Source: Rhodobacter capsulatus SB 1003
Lineage (GTDB): Bacteria > Pseudomonadota > Alphaproteobacteria > Rhodobacterales > Rhodobacteraceae
NCBI RefSeq assembly: GCF_000021865.1
Contig: NC_014034.1
Span: 1,170,001 to 1,202,000, forward strand
Direction: 5' to 3'
DNA: 32,000 nucleotides
Below, piece after piece: positions 8,337 to 15,605 of the stretch. The notes beneath the pieces were generated by a model. The model had not been told where the DNA came from and searched no databases. It saw nothing but the letters and a program-made list of their open reading frames with translations. The position numbers were made by a program, and so were the translations under genes. Numbering within the stretch: position 1 is the first letter of the stretch; each line of letters starts with the position of its first letter.

Positions 8337-9250
8337 CTATCCCGCAAGGACGGTGAGCAATTCGCGACCATGGGCCACGGTCTCGACATCGTCGATAGCG
8401 GCGGTCATCCGGTCATAGAGCGCCAGCAGATCCGGCAGCCCCGGGTCGGGCACATGCAACACCCTGCACCGATCCTGCAGCGGCACGGGGACGTTGCGCA
8501 GATCATTGGCCGTCAGCGCCCAGCTGATATGCGACACGTCGATCCGCACGCGGTGGACCGGGCATTCGGAGTGCGCCGCGGTCCCGGGATCGAGCACCTC
8601 GAGCAGGCTCGTGACGATGGGCCTACTCATGCCGCGATCGCTGGTGACCACCCCCGCCTTGTCGATTTCATCGACTATTATCAGCGGTTTGGCCACGCGC
8701 GTTGCCAAAAGAATCTCGACCGGGACGCTGGGTGTGGCGCTGCCCCAACCCTATTCGACGCCTCCGATCCGGAACCCCGAAGACCCGGATCCGACGTCGA
8801 TCCGACGCAACGGCACGCCCGCAACTGCCGCGAGCTGGCGCGCATAATGACTCTTGCCGCAACCCGGGTTGCCGACCAAGAGGATCGGGGGCAGGCGCAG
8901 CCCGGTGTGGCCGGTGGAGACGGATGAGAGCAACTGCTGCCAGATCACTGTCGAGACCGCTGCCATCCACGGTGCCTCGGCATGCAGCGCGGCGGTCAGG
9001 ACATCGATCTCATGCGGCGTTCTGGGGCCAACGACCCGCGCGCCTTCGCGGGCGATACGGCGGAGGGCCGCGCGTTGCTCAGACTTGAGTTCCGCGATGC
9101 CTGGCAGGGCCGCGAGCTTGCGTCTGAGGCAGGCTTCGATCCGAGACTGTAGCCGGCCGGCCGGGAAATATGCGGTGTTGCCATGACGCGCCTGCCAGCG
9201 TTTGCGGAGCGCGTTCGTCACTTCGGTCGCGTCCCCGAGGCTCCACAGCG
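8337..9250 (-). pseudogene. Lon-type AAA+ ATPase module without a protease domain; 5'-truncated and interrupted by an in-frame TAG
   Basis: Track ORFs 8751..9335 and 8337..8708 are in the same frame, separated only by TAG (8751-8753). Read through, the protein gives LLVGNPGCGKS (Walker A)...GGVE*GWGSATPSVPVEILL...PLIIVDEIDK (Walker B)...SLLEVLDP...LTAN...PLQDRC. This is collinear with the Lon A-domain order (GPPGVGKTS / RTYIGxMPG / LLDEIDK / LLEVLDP / TxN / LLDRM). Upstream of ~9250 the frame is merely antisense to an istA fragment. Confidence 0.7.
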
Positions 9251-9795
9251 TGCCCGCTTCCGTGTCAAAGACCTGCACCGTGCGGTTCGATAATAACAAG
9301 TATTCCGTCCTGGCCACGGCCGTCGGCCGTCCCATCGAGGTGCATGCCTATGCCGAGCGGATCGTGATCCGGCAAGATGGAGTGATCGTGGGAGAGCACG
9401 CCCGCGCCTTCGGGTGGGGTCAGACAGTCTATGATCCATGGCACTATGTACCTGTTCTGGCACGCAAACCCGGCGCGCTGCGCAACGGTGCGCCCTTCAG
9501 GGACTGGGTTCTCCCACCCGCCATGGCCGCGATCCGGCGCAAGCTGAAGGGCAGCGATGATGGCGACCGGCAGATGGTCCAGATCCTGAGCGGCGTGCCT
9601 AATGACGGGTTGCAGGCCGTCGAAGCCGCCTGTCGGGAAGCCGTGGATCAAGGCGTCCATTCCGCGCCGGTCGTCATCAACATCCTTGCGCGCCGACGCG
9701 ACCCAGCCCCGCCACCGCTTCTATTCACCCCCACCGCGCTACGCCTGACCCACGAGCCCGTGGCCGATTGCGCCCGCTATGACAGCCTCAGGAGG
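9250..9795 (+). pseudogene. istA: IS21-family transposase IstA, C-terminal fragment only
   Basis: ...CTVRFDNNKYSV...VHAYAERIVIRQDGVIVGEHARAF..GQTVYDPWHYVPVLARKPGALRNGAPF...ARYDSL matches the conserved C-terminal half of IstA. The N-terminal HTH and catalytic region are absent. Confidence 0.75.
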
Positions 9796-9804
9796 ACCAG
9801 CCGA

Positions 9805-10024
9805 CACCTGATCAGCCGCCTCTACGAACGCACATCCATCCTCGTCACCACCAACCTCGCCTTCGGCGAATGGCCGTTCGCCATGGGCCTCGGACCAGTG
9901 GCGGCTCCATGGCTCACTCTTCGGCGACGCCAAGATGACCACGGCACTCCTCGACCGCCTGACCCATCACTGCGAGATCATCGAAACCGGTAACGAGTCC
10001 TGGCGCTTCAAAAACCGCGCCTGA
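9805..10024 (+). pseudogene. istB: IS21-family helper ATPase IstB, C-terminal fragment with a frameshift
   Basis: [24 protein letters not shown] in one frame, then [34 protein letters not shown] in the +1 frame, with the stop at 10022-10024. The Walker motifs are missing. Confidence 0.75.
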
Positions 10025-10151
10025 CCCCGATCAGGGCCTGACCCGCCTCCACTCTGTGATCAGTTCCGTCGGCTCAGGCCCTGATCTCTACGCCGCAAAG
10101 GGGGGCAATCTTGAATGCCGATAAGGGGTCAGTTTTGCCTGCCGATTGACA

Positions 10152-10290
10152 GATTTGGCCGAAATCGTCTGAAAACCGCGCGAAACGGCCGCAGAATCGC
10201 TCAGGCGCGATTGCGGAAGCTGCAAGTGTCAATCTTGCGGCGTTTCCCCGTCATTGCGGCACGTTTGAGGGACCGGCACACAAACGCACG
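10152..10290. repeat. Copy B of the ~120-bp non-coding element; direct repeat with 4013..4134
   Basis: Shares the same three identical blocks as copy A. It carries a 19-nt insertion (10242-10260, gtttccccgtcattgcggc) that re-duplicates ttgcggc. It starts directly after the IS21 terminal CA and ends 7 nt before the stop of the 10298 gene. Confidence 0.85.
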
Positions 10291-10297
10291 GCCGCCC

Positions 10298-11170
10298 TCA
10301 GAACCACTGGCCCGGCTCCATCAGGCCGAGGTCCATCAGCTGGCGGCTTGACCACTCGAAGGGCACCGAATTGTCCCACCGAAACGTCGGGATGTCATAG
10401 GTCGAGCCCGGATTGCGCTTGAGCGCCTTGGCCACCCGGAAAGACGCGATCGCTGCCGTCAGATTGTGGTGCCAGGGACAGGCATAGGTGTTCCTCTCCT
10501 CGTCCGAGAGCGTGTGATCGGCCCGCAGTTCCAGACCCGGGGCGGTGCGAAACAGCGCGATCCGGTCGATCTTGCGCCGCGCCGGGGGGATATGCTCGTC
10601 GAACCGCCAGCGCAGACCGCCGAAGAAATCCAGCTGTCGTTCGCGCGGGCGGCCCGGATTGCCCGGATCGGGGCGGCTCAGCGCGTAATAGCCGGTGCGG
10701 TCCAGCATCGCCTCGGCCAGGTTCACCCCGTCGGGGTTCTTGCCCAGATCGGCGGCGTAAAGGTCGATCACGTAGCTCAGCATGCCGAAACGGCGTTCCT
10801 CGGTGTGGAAGGCCAGCATTTCCCGGACCGTGCGGGTCTCGCAGAAGGGATAGAAGAGATATTCGGCGTTGAAGCCGTAATAGAACCAGGTGCCGGTCGG
10901 CGCGGCCGCGATCAGCGGGTTCAGCGCGTCCAGAAAGGCCTCGGGGTGCGCGGCGATCCAGGGAATGCGATGGACCTGCGCCGCCAGATCGGCGGGCAGG
11001 CGCAGCGCCTCGGGGGCGCAGAGGATCAGCGTGCGAAAGCCGAGCTTGAGATGGTGGCGCAGCGTGCTTTCCACCTCGACCAGATCCTCGACCAGGATCA
11101 CCGCGACCGGCCCTTTGGCCAGAACCTCGCGCGCCACGCGCAGGAAATCGGTCTGCGAAGCGTAATCCAT
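10298..11170 (-). CDS. Conserved hypothetical protein (~290 aa), function unknown
   Basis: Track ORF 10298..11221. The start is placed at the ATG at 11168-11170 (MDYASQTDFL...), with a G-rich SD-like AAGGGGG ~9 nt upstream. The sequence is high in GC3 and non-repetitive (..WFYYGFNAEYLFYPFCETRTVREML.., ..ACPWHHNLTAAIASFRVAK..). No family was recognised. Confidence 0.7.
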   Translation of the reverse strand: MDYASQTDFLRVAREVLAKGPVAVILVEDLVEVESTLRHHLKLGFRTLILCAPEALRLPADLAAQVHRIPWIAAHPEAFLDALNPLIAAAPTGTWFYYGFNAEYLFYPFCETRTVREMLAFHTEERRFGMLSYVIDLYAADLGKNPDGVNLAEAMLDRTGYYALSRPDPGNPGRPRERQLDFFGGLRWRFDEHIPPARRKIDRIALFRTAPGLELRADHTLSDEERNTYACPWHHNLTAAIASFRVAKALKRNPGSTYDIPTFRWDNSVPFEWSSRQLMDLGLMEPGQWF

Positions 11171-11266
11171 GCCGTCATGCCCCCTTTTGCGCAGGGTCGC
11201 GGATGGCGCGGGCAAATGCAAGCGGGCTTGACCGCGGCAACAGCGGAGCAGGGCAGGGGGGAGGGC

Positions 11267-12007
11267 TCAGCGCGGCGGCGCCCGCCCGGCCAGATCGTCA
11301 AGCCCGGCGCGCAGATCCCCTGTCAGCCCCGCGCGCTCCATGTGCTGGCGCAGCCGCCGGTTGTAGCCGCCCGGGGTGTCAAGCGCCGTCAGAAGATCGC
11401 GCAGCGGACCGGCGGCCAGGCTGGTGGCGACGAGATCGCGCAGGAAGACCTCGGCCGCGGCGGGGTCGCTGACGCGCGGGGCCAGCCAGGCCGCGGTGTC
11501 CGCCAGCGCCAGCGCCAGCGGCGACAGCACCGCCTGCGCCACCAGAAAGTCGGCCAGCTCGGCCTCGGAGGCGAGCGCGAAAATCCGGTTGCGCGCGCCG
11601 AACAGCGCCGTGACCAGCCCGGTGTCGCCAAAGGCCAGGATCGGCGATCCGCCCGCGGCGATGGCGGGATAGGGCAGCATCACCGCCTCGGCCCGGGCCG
11701 GGGCGACCCAGGCCGCGACCTCGGTCAGCGCCGCCCCCGCCATCAGAGAGATCACCCGCTGCCCGGGCCGGAACCGCAGCCCTGGCAGAACTGTGGCCGC
11801 TGCCCCCGCGACAAGGCCGAGGATCACCACATCGGCCGCCTCCAGCACCGCCTGATTGGGCGCCACGCGCAGCCCCGCGACCTCGCGCGCCAGCGCCGCC
11901 GCCCGGGTCGCGCTGCGGTCGGAGACGGTGATCTCGTGGCCGTCCGCGGCAATCCCCCGCACCACCGCCTCGGCGATCGCGCCCGTCCCCAAGATCCCGA
12001 TCCGCAT
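11267..12007 (-). CDS. Pyrroline-5-carboxylate reductase-like NAD(P)-binding oxidoreductase (divergent ProC paralogue)
   Basis: The start is placed at MRIGILGTGAIAEAV (Rossmann GxGxxA) within track ORF 11267..12193. The C-terminal ..LDTPGGYN.. resembles the P5CR SPGGTT motif but is divergent. Confidence 0.65.
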   Translation of the reverse strand: MRIGILGTGAIAEAVVRGIAADGHEITVSDRSATRAAALAREVAGLRVAPNQAVLEAADVVILGLVAGAAATVLPGLRFRPGQRVISLMAGAALTEVAAWVAPARAEAVMLPYPAIAAGGSPILAFGDTGLVTALFGARNRIFALASEAELADFLVAQAVLSPLALALADTAAWLAPRVSDPAAAEVFLRDLVATSLAAGPLRDLLTALDTPGGYNRRLRQHMERAGLTGDLRAGLDDLAGRAPPR

Positions 12008-12161
12008 CCGCCCCCCGTTCGCGCCCCCGCGATTTGCCTCAGACAAACCGGAACACGCGCGGATTGCAAAGATTTTCGCGCGGCAAGGTTTGCAGAACGA
12101 ATTTTGGCCGGTAGAGTTGTGTTTGATGCGGGACCGATTCAACTTTCGGGGGCAGGGGGCG

Positions 12162-12971
12162 ATGCTTGACAGCCTGGATTGCAACCTTTGCATGCTTGGC
12201 GCGCAGGGCGCGCCGGTGGTCTTGTCGCATGGCTACGGCTGTGACCAGACCGTCTGGAAGGATGTCGCGCCGTCGCTGGCGCTGCGGCATCGGGTGGTGC
12301 TGTTCGATCACGCGGGCTGCGGGGGCGCCGATCCGGCGCTTTACGACCGTCAGCGCCATGCCCGCCTGCAGGGCTATGCCGAGGATGTCATCCGCCTGCT
12401 GACCCGGCTCGATCTGGGGCCGGTGCGGTTCGTCGGCCATTCCATCTCCTCGATGATCGGCGCGCTTGCGGCACTCGAGCGGCCCGATCTTTTCGCCGAG
12501 CTGGTGATGATCGGCCCCTCGGCCTGCTATCTGGACGAAGAGGGCTATCACGGCGGTTTCAGCCGCGACACGGTCGAGGATCTGCTGGCGCTGATGGACC
12601 GCAATTTCATTGGCTGGGCGGCCAGTTTCGCGCCGGTCGCCACCGGCAACCCCGACCGGCCGGATCTGGCGCGGGACTTCGCCCGGCGGCTGCAGCGCAA
12701 CGACCCCGAGATCGCCTCGGCCTTTGCCCGCGCCACCTTCTTTTCCGACACCCGGGCGTTCTTGCCGCTGTTGCGGGTGCCGGTGCTGATCCTGCAATCG
12801 CCCGACGATCCGATCGCGCCGGACACCGCGGTCGATTTCGTGCATCGGGCGATCCCGGGCAGTCGGCTGGTGCGGCTCGACAGTTCCGGCCATTGCCCGC
12901 ATATCAGCCATCCGCAGGCGGTGGCCGCGGCGCTGCGGACCGCCTTTGACACGCCGCCGCCGCAGGCCTGA
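12162..12971 (+). CDS. RsbQ/D14/KAI2-like alpha/beta hydrolase
   Basis: Collinear by eye with Bacillus subtilis RsbQ: HGYGCDQTVWKDVAP, nucleophile elbow FVGHSISSMIG, GPSACYL, NFIGWA, PVLILQSPDDPIAP (Asp) and SGHCPHISHPQ (His). The start at ATG 12162 is inferred from a G-rich SD and typical protein length. Confidence 0.8.
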   Translation: MLDSLDCNLCMLGAQGAPVVLSHGYGCDQTVWKDVAPSLALRHRVVLFDHAGCGGADPALYDRQRHARLQGYAEDVIRLLTRLDLGPVRFVGHSISSMIGALAALERPDLFAELVMIGPSACYLDEEGYHGGFSRDTVEDLLALMDRNFIGWAASFAPVATGNPDRPDLARDFARRLQRNDPEIASAFARATFFSDTRAFLPLLRVPVLILQSPDDPIAPDTAVDFVHRAIPGSRLVRLDSSGHCPHISHPQAVAAALRTAFDTPPPQA

Positions 12972-12977
12972 TGTGTG

Positions 12978-15161
12978 ATGAGCCCGCCGACGCCCCCCAT
13001 CTCTCTCTCGGCGCGCGGGACGCAGGAACCGGACCTGGCGGCGCCGGACGCCGATCATGGCGCCGCCTTGCGGGCCGCGCCTTGCGGGCTTTTGCAGCTG
13101 GATGCCGCCGGGCGCATCGAAAGCGCGAATGCGACGCTGTGCGACTGGATCGGGCGTCCCGCCGCCGAGGTGATCGGCCGGCTTGATCTGGCGGCGCTGC
13201 TGTCTCCGGCGGGGCGGCTGTTCTGGACCACGCATCTGCTGCCGCAGCTGCGGCTGAACGGGCGGCTGGACGAGGCGTCGCTGTCGCTGCCCGACCGCCG
13301 CGGCGGGGCGCGGCGCTGCCTGCTGTCGGCGCGGCGAAACCCGGACGGGGGCAGCGTGCTGGTGCTGTTCGAGGCCGAGCGGCGGCATCTGTTCGAAGAG
13401 GACCAGGCGCGCGAGGTGGCGCTGGCGCAGACCCGCGCGCATTGGCTGACGCAGATCGAGCGCATGGCCGAGGTGGGCGCCTGGTGCTGGGATCCGGCAC
13501 AGGACCGGCTGCAGGGCTCGGACCGGATGTTCGACATTCTCGGGCTGCGGCCGGGCCCGGCGGACGGGCTTGACGCGCTGCTCGACCGGCTGGTCTCGGA
13601 GCCGCTGCGGCGGCAGCTGCGGGCCAGTCTGACCGCGCCCGGGGGGCTGCATCCGCCGCTGGATCTGGAGGCGGCGATCCGCACCCCCGCGGGGGCGCTG
13701 CGGCAGATCCGGCTGTCTTGCGAGGCGCTTTGGGCAAAGGGCCGGGTCGAGCGGGTGCAGGGGGTGATCTGCGACATCACCCGGGCGCAGGAAGACCGGC
13801 AGCGGCTGTGGCGGATGGCGCATGTCGACGATCTGACCGGGCTGGCGAACCGGCACCACTTCCGCAGTCGGCTGCGCGACGCCTGTGCCGCGGCGGATCC
13901 GCTGGCGCTGGTGGTGATCGACATCGCCGATTTCGGCGCGGTGAACCATCGCTTCGGGGCGGATCGGGCCGATGCGATGCTGCGCGAGATCGGCGGGCGG
14001 CTGGCTTCGCTGCTGCCCGGGGACGGGTTCGCGGCCCGGCTGGTGGGCGACGAATTCGCGCTGCTGCTGCCCGCCGCCGATCCCGATGCGGCGGCGCGCG
14101 GGCTGGCGGCGGCGGCGGCGGCGGCGCTCGAGGCGCCGCTGGCCGGGTTCGGCGGCACGGTGCGGCTGCGCGCGGCGATGGGGCTTGCGGCCTTCCCCGA
14201 GGATGGCCGCGCCCCCGAGGCGCTGTTTGCCCGCGCCAAGGAGGCGCTGAGCGAGATCAAGCGCGCGGGCGGCGGCGCCGATTTCCTGCGCGGCGCGATG
14301 CTGGCGCGGGTCGGCGCGCGGCGGCGGGCGATCGGCTGCGTGCGCGACGCGGTGCAGGAGGACCGGATCCGGGTCTGGTATCAGCCGAAGCTGCGGCTGG
14401 CCGATGGCGCCCCGGATGGCCACGAGGCGCTGGTGCGGATCTTCGACCGGGCCGGGCAGATCAGCGGCCCCGGGGATTGGGCCGAGGCGCTGGACGATCC
14501 CGAATGCGCCGCCCTGCTGGATGCGGCGGTGCTGCGCCGGGTGCTGGCCGATCTGCGCCGACCGGAGCCGGGGATGGGGCCGGGACTGGGACGGGTGGCG
14601 GTGAATGTCTCGGAACACAGCCTGCGGCGGGGCGATTTCGCCACGCATCTGCTGCGGGCGCTGGCGCGGGCCGGGGTGGCGGCGGCGCAGATCGAGCTGG
14701 AGATCGTCGAGACCGTGCTGGTGGACCAGCGCACCCCCGAGCTGGTGGCGGGGTTCGAGCGGCTGCGCGCGGCCGGGATCCGGATCACGCTGGATGATTT
14801 CGGCACCGGCTTCGCCTCGCTGTCGCATCTGCGCGATCTGCCGATCGACGGGCTGAAGATCGAGAAATCCTTCGTGCTGGGGCTGCAGGCGGATGCGCGC
14901 AACGCGCCGATCCTGCGCGCCATCGTGATGCTGGCGCAGGCGCTGGGTCTGCACACCGTGGCCGAGGGGGTGGAAAGCGCCGAGGTGGCCGATCTGTTGC
15001 GCGACCTCGGGTGCCAGACGGCGCAGGGCTATCATTTCGGCCGCCCGCAACCGCTGCCGGAGCTGGCGCCAGAACTGGGGCCGGACCTGGGGCCGGAGCA
15101 GGCGCCGCTGCCGCTGCCGGTCCCCGTCGCGACGGGGCTGCCGCAACGGGTTCCCGACTAA
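12978..15161 (+). CDS. PAS-PAS-GGDEF(degenerate)-EAL signalling protein, likely a c-di-GMP phosphodiesterase
   Basis: Two PAS-like segments are followed by DDLTGLANRHHF...ARLVGDEFALLL (VGDEF at 14043-14057 instead of GGDEF, and no RxxD I-site). EAL motifs follow: YQPK, GHEALVRI (EAL at 14424-14432), NVS, ELEIVE, DDFGTGFASLSHL, KIEKSF, EGVE and QGYHFGRP. The protein ends in a Pro-rich tail. The start is GTG 12975 or ATG 12978, 3-6 nt after the hydrolase stop. Confidence 0.85.
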   Translation: MSPPTPPISLSARGTQEPDLAAPDADHGAALRAAPCGLLQLDAAGRIESANATLCDWIGRPAAEVIGRLDLAALLSPAGRLFWTTHLLPQLRLNGRLDEASLSLPDRRGGARRCLLSARRNPDGGSVLVLFEAERRHLFEEDQAREVALAQTRAHWLTQIERMAEVGAWCWDPAQDRLQGSDRMFDILGLRPGPADGLDALLDRLVSEPLRRQLRASLTAPGGLHPPLDLEAAIRTPAGALRQIRLSCEALWAKGRVERVQGVICDITRAQEDRQRLWRMAHVDDLTGLANRHHFRSRLRDACAAADPLALVVIDIADFGAVNHRFGADRADAMLREIGGRLASLLPGDGFAARLVGDEFALLLPAADPDAAARGLAAAAAAALEAPLAGFGGTVRLRAAMGLAAFPEDGRAPEALFARAKEALSEIKRAGGGADFLRGAMLARVGARRRAIGCVRDAVQEDRIRVWYQPKLRLADGAPDGHEALVRIFDRAGQISGPGDWAEALDDPECAALLDAAVLRRVLADLRRPEPGMGPGLGRVAVNVSEHSLRRGDFATHLLRALARAGVAAAQIELEIVETVLVDQRTPELVAGFERLRAAGIRITLDDFGTGFASLSHLRDLPIDGLKIEKSFVLGLQADARNAPILRAIVMLAQALGLHTVAEGVESAEVADLLRDLGCQTAQGYHFGRPQPLPELAPELGPDLGPEQAPLPLPVPVATGLPQRVPD

Positions 15162-15236
15162 AAGATTCGGGCTTTACATACCCAATCATTTCTGTCAGGT
15201 TTAGGTCATTGATCGCAACCCGCCGAGGATCTGCCC

Positions 15237-15401
15237 ATGGCCCTTGCCCTTCCCTTCCGCACCTGCCCGGCCGCGCCGCAGCGCGACGACCGGGGGCAGG
15301 TTTCCTTCTCGCTCTCCGATCTTGTCGCCGCGCTGTGCACCGGGCTCGATCACGCCCATCGCCACGAAACGATCCTGGACCGGCGGGAGGGACGCGCATG
15401 A
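15237..15401 (+). CDS. Candidate 54-aa small ORF translationally coupled to hemP (too short for the track cutoff)
   Basis: ATG 15237 is preceded by GAGGA ~7-8 nt upstream. About five-sixths of third codon positions are G/C. The TGA (15399-15401) overlaps the hemP ATG (15398-15400) as ATGA. No homology was recognised. Confidence 0.35.
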   Translation: MALALPFRTCPAAPQRDDRGQVSFSLSDLVAALCTGLDHAHRHETILDRREGRA

Positions 15402-15559
15402 ACATGAGCCTTCCGCTGTCGGGCAGTGCGACCCCGGTCCTGCCCGCCCATGATGCGCGCATCCTGACCCGGGGCGGCAATCTGGCACAGATCGATCTCG
15501 ACGGACAAACCTATACGCTGCGTATCACGCGGCAGGGAAAGCTGATCCTGACCAAGTAA
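15398..15559 (+). CDS. hemP: Hemin uptake protein HemP/HmuP family (53 aa)
   Basis: The C-terminal signature ...[22 protein letters not shown] matches the HemP consensus. GGGAGGG lies 7 nt upstream. This is an internal start within track ORF 15011..15559. Confidence 0.75.
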   Translation: MNMSLPLSGSATPVLPAHDARILTRGGNLAQIDLDGQTYTLRITRQGKLILTK

Positions 15560-15605
15560 GATCGCGGTCGGCCAGCGTCCCCGCACTCTCTCATCGCTGA
15601 CTTGG

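Larger units (their letters stand above)
9250..10151 (+). mobile_element. IS21-family relic: istA 3' fragment fused to an istB 3' fragment, plus the right terminal repeat region
   Basis: See the two fragment entries below. The right end shows two direct TGCCGAT repeats (10116-10122, 10140-10146) and a terminal ...TTGACA ending in CA at 10151. Multiple terminal repeats and CA ends are typical of IS21-family elements. The left boundary is approximate. Confidence 0.7.

Noticed and set aside
9250-9335. N-terminal ~30 codons (MGRPTAVARTEYLLLSNRTVQVFD...) of the 8751..9335 minus ORF as the real ATPase start
   Set aside because: This stretch is the antisense of the istA fragment (TCTVRFDNNKYSVLATAVGRP on the + strand), so the ATG at 9335 is fortuitous.
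9202-9993. 263-aa ORF as a single intact gene
   Set aside because: It is a chimera of the IstA C-terminal half joined to an IstB C-terminal piece, followed by an out-of-frame tail. The true IstB end continues in the +1 frame to 10024.
14104-14124. (CGG)n run in the GGDEF-EAL gene, and a 12-nt tandem duplication CTGGGGCCGGAC/CTGGGGCCGGAG at 15075-15098
   Set aside because: They encode an Ala run and a Pro/Gly/Leu-rich C-terminal tail in frame. They are probably simple slippage in low-complexity linkers, with no evidence of regulatory function.
12039-15146. 1035-aa minus-strand ORF, the longest in the track
   Set aside because: It is antisense to the RsbQ-like and PAS-GGDEF-EAL genes. The translation is an Arg/Pro/Gly/Ala/Gln-rich low-complexity string with no motifs, which is typical of stop-poor antisense frames in high-GC DNA. 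The + strand has clear family motifs.
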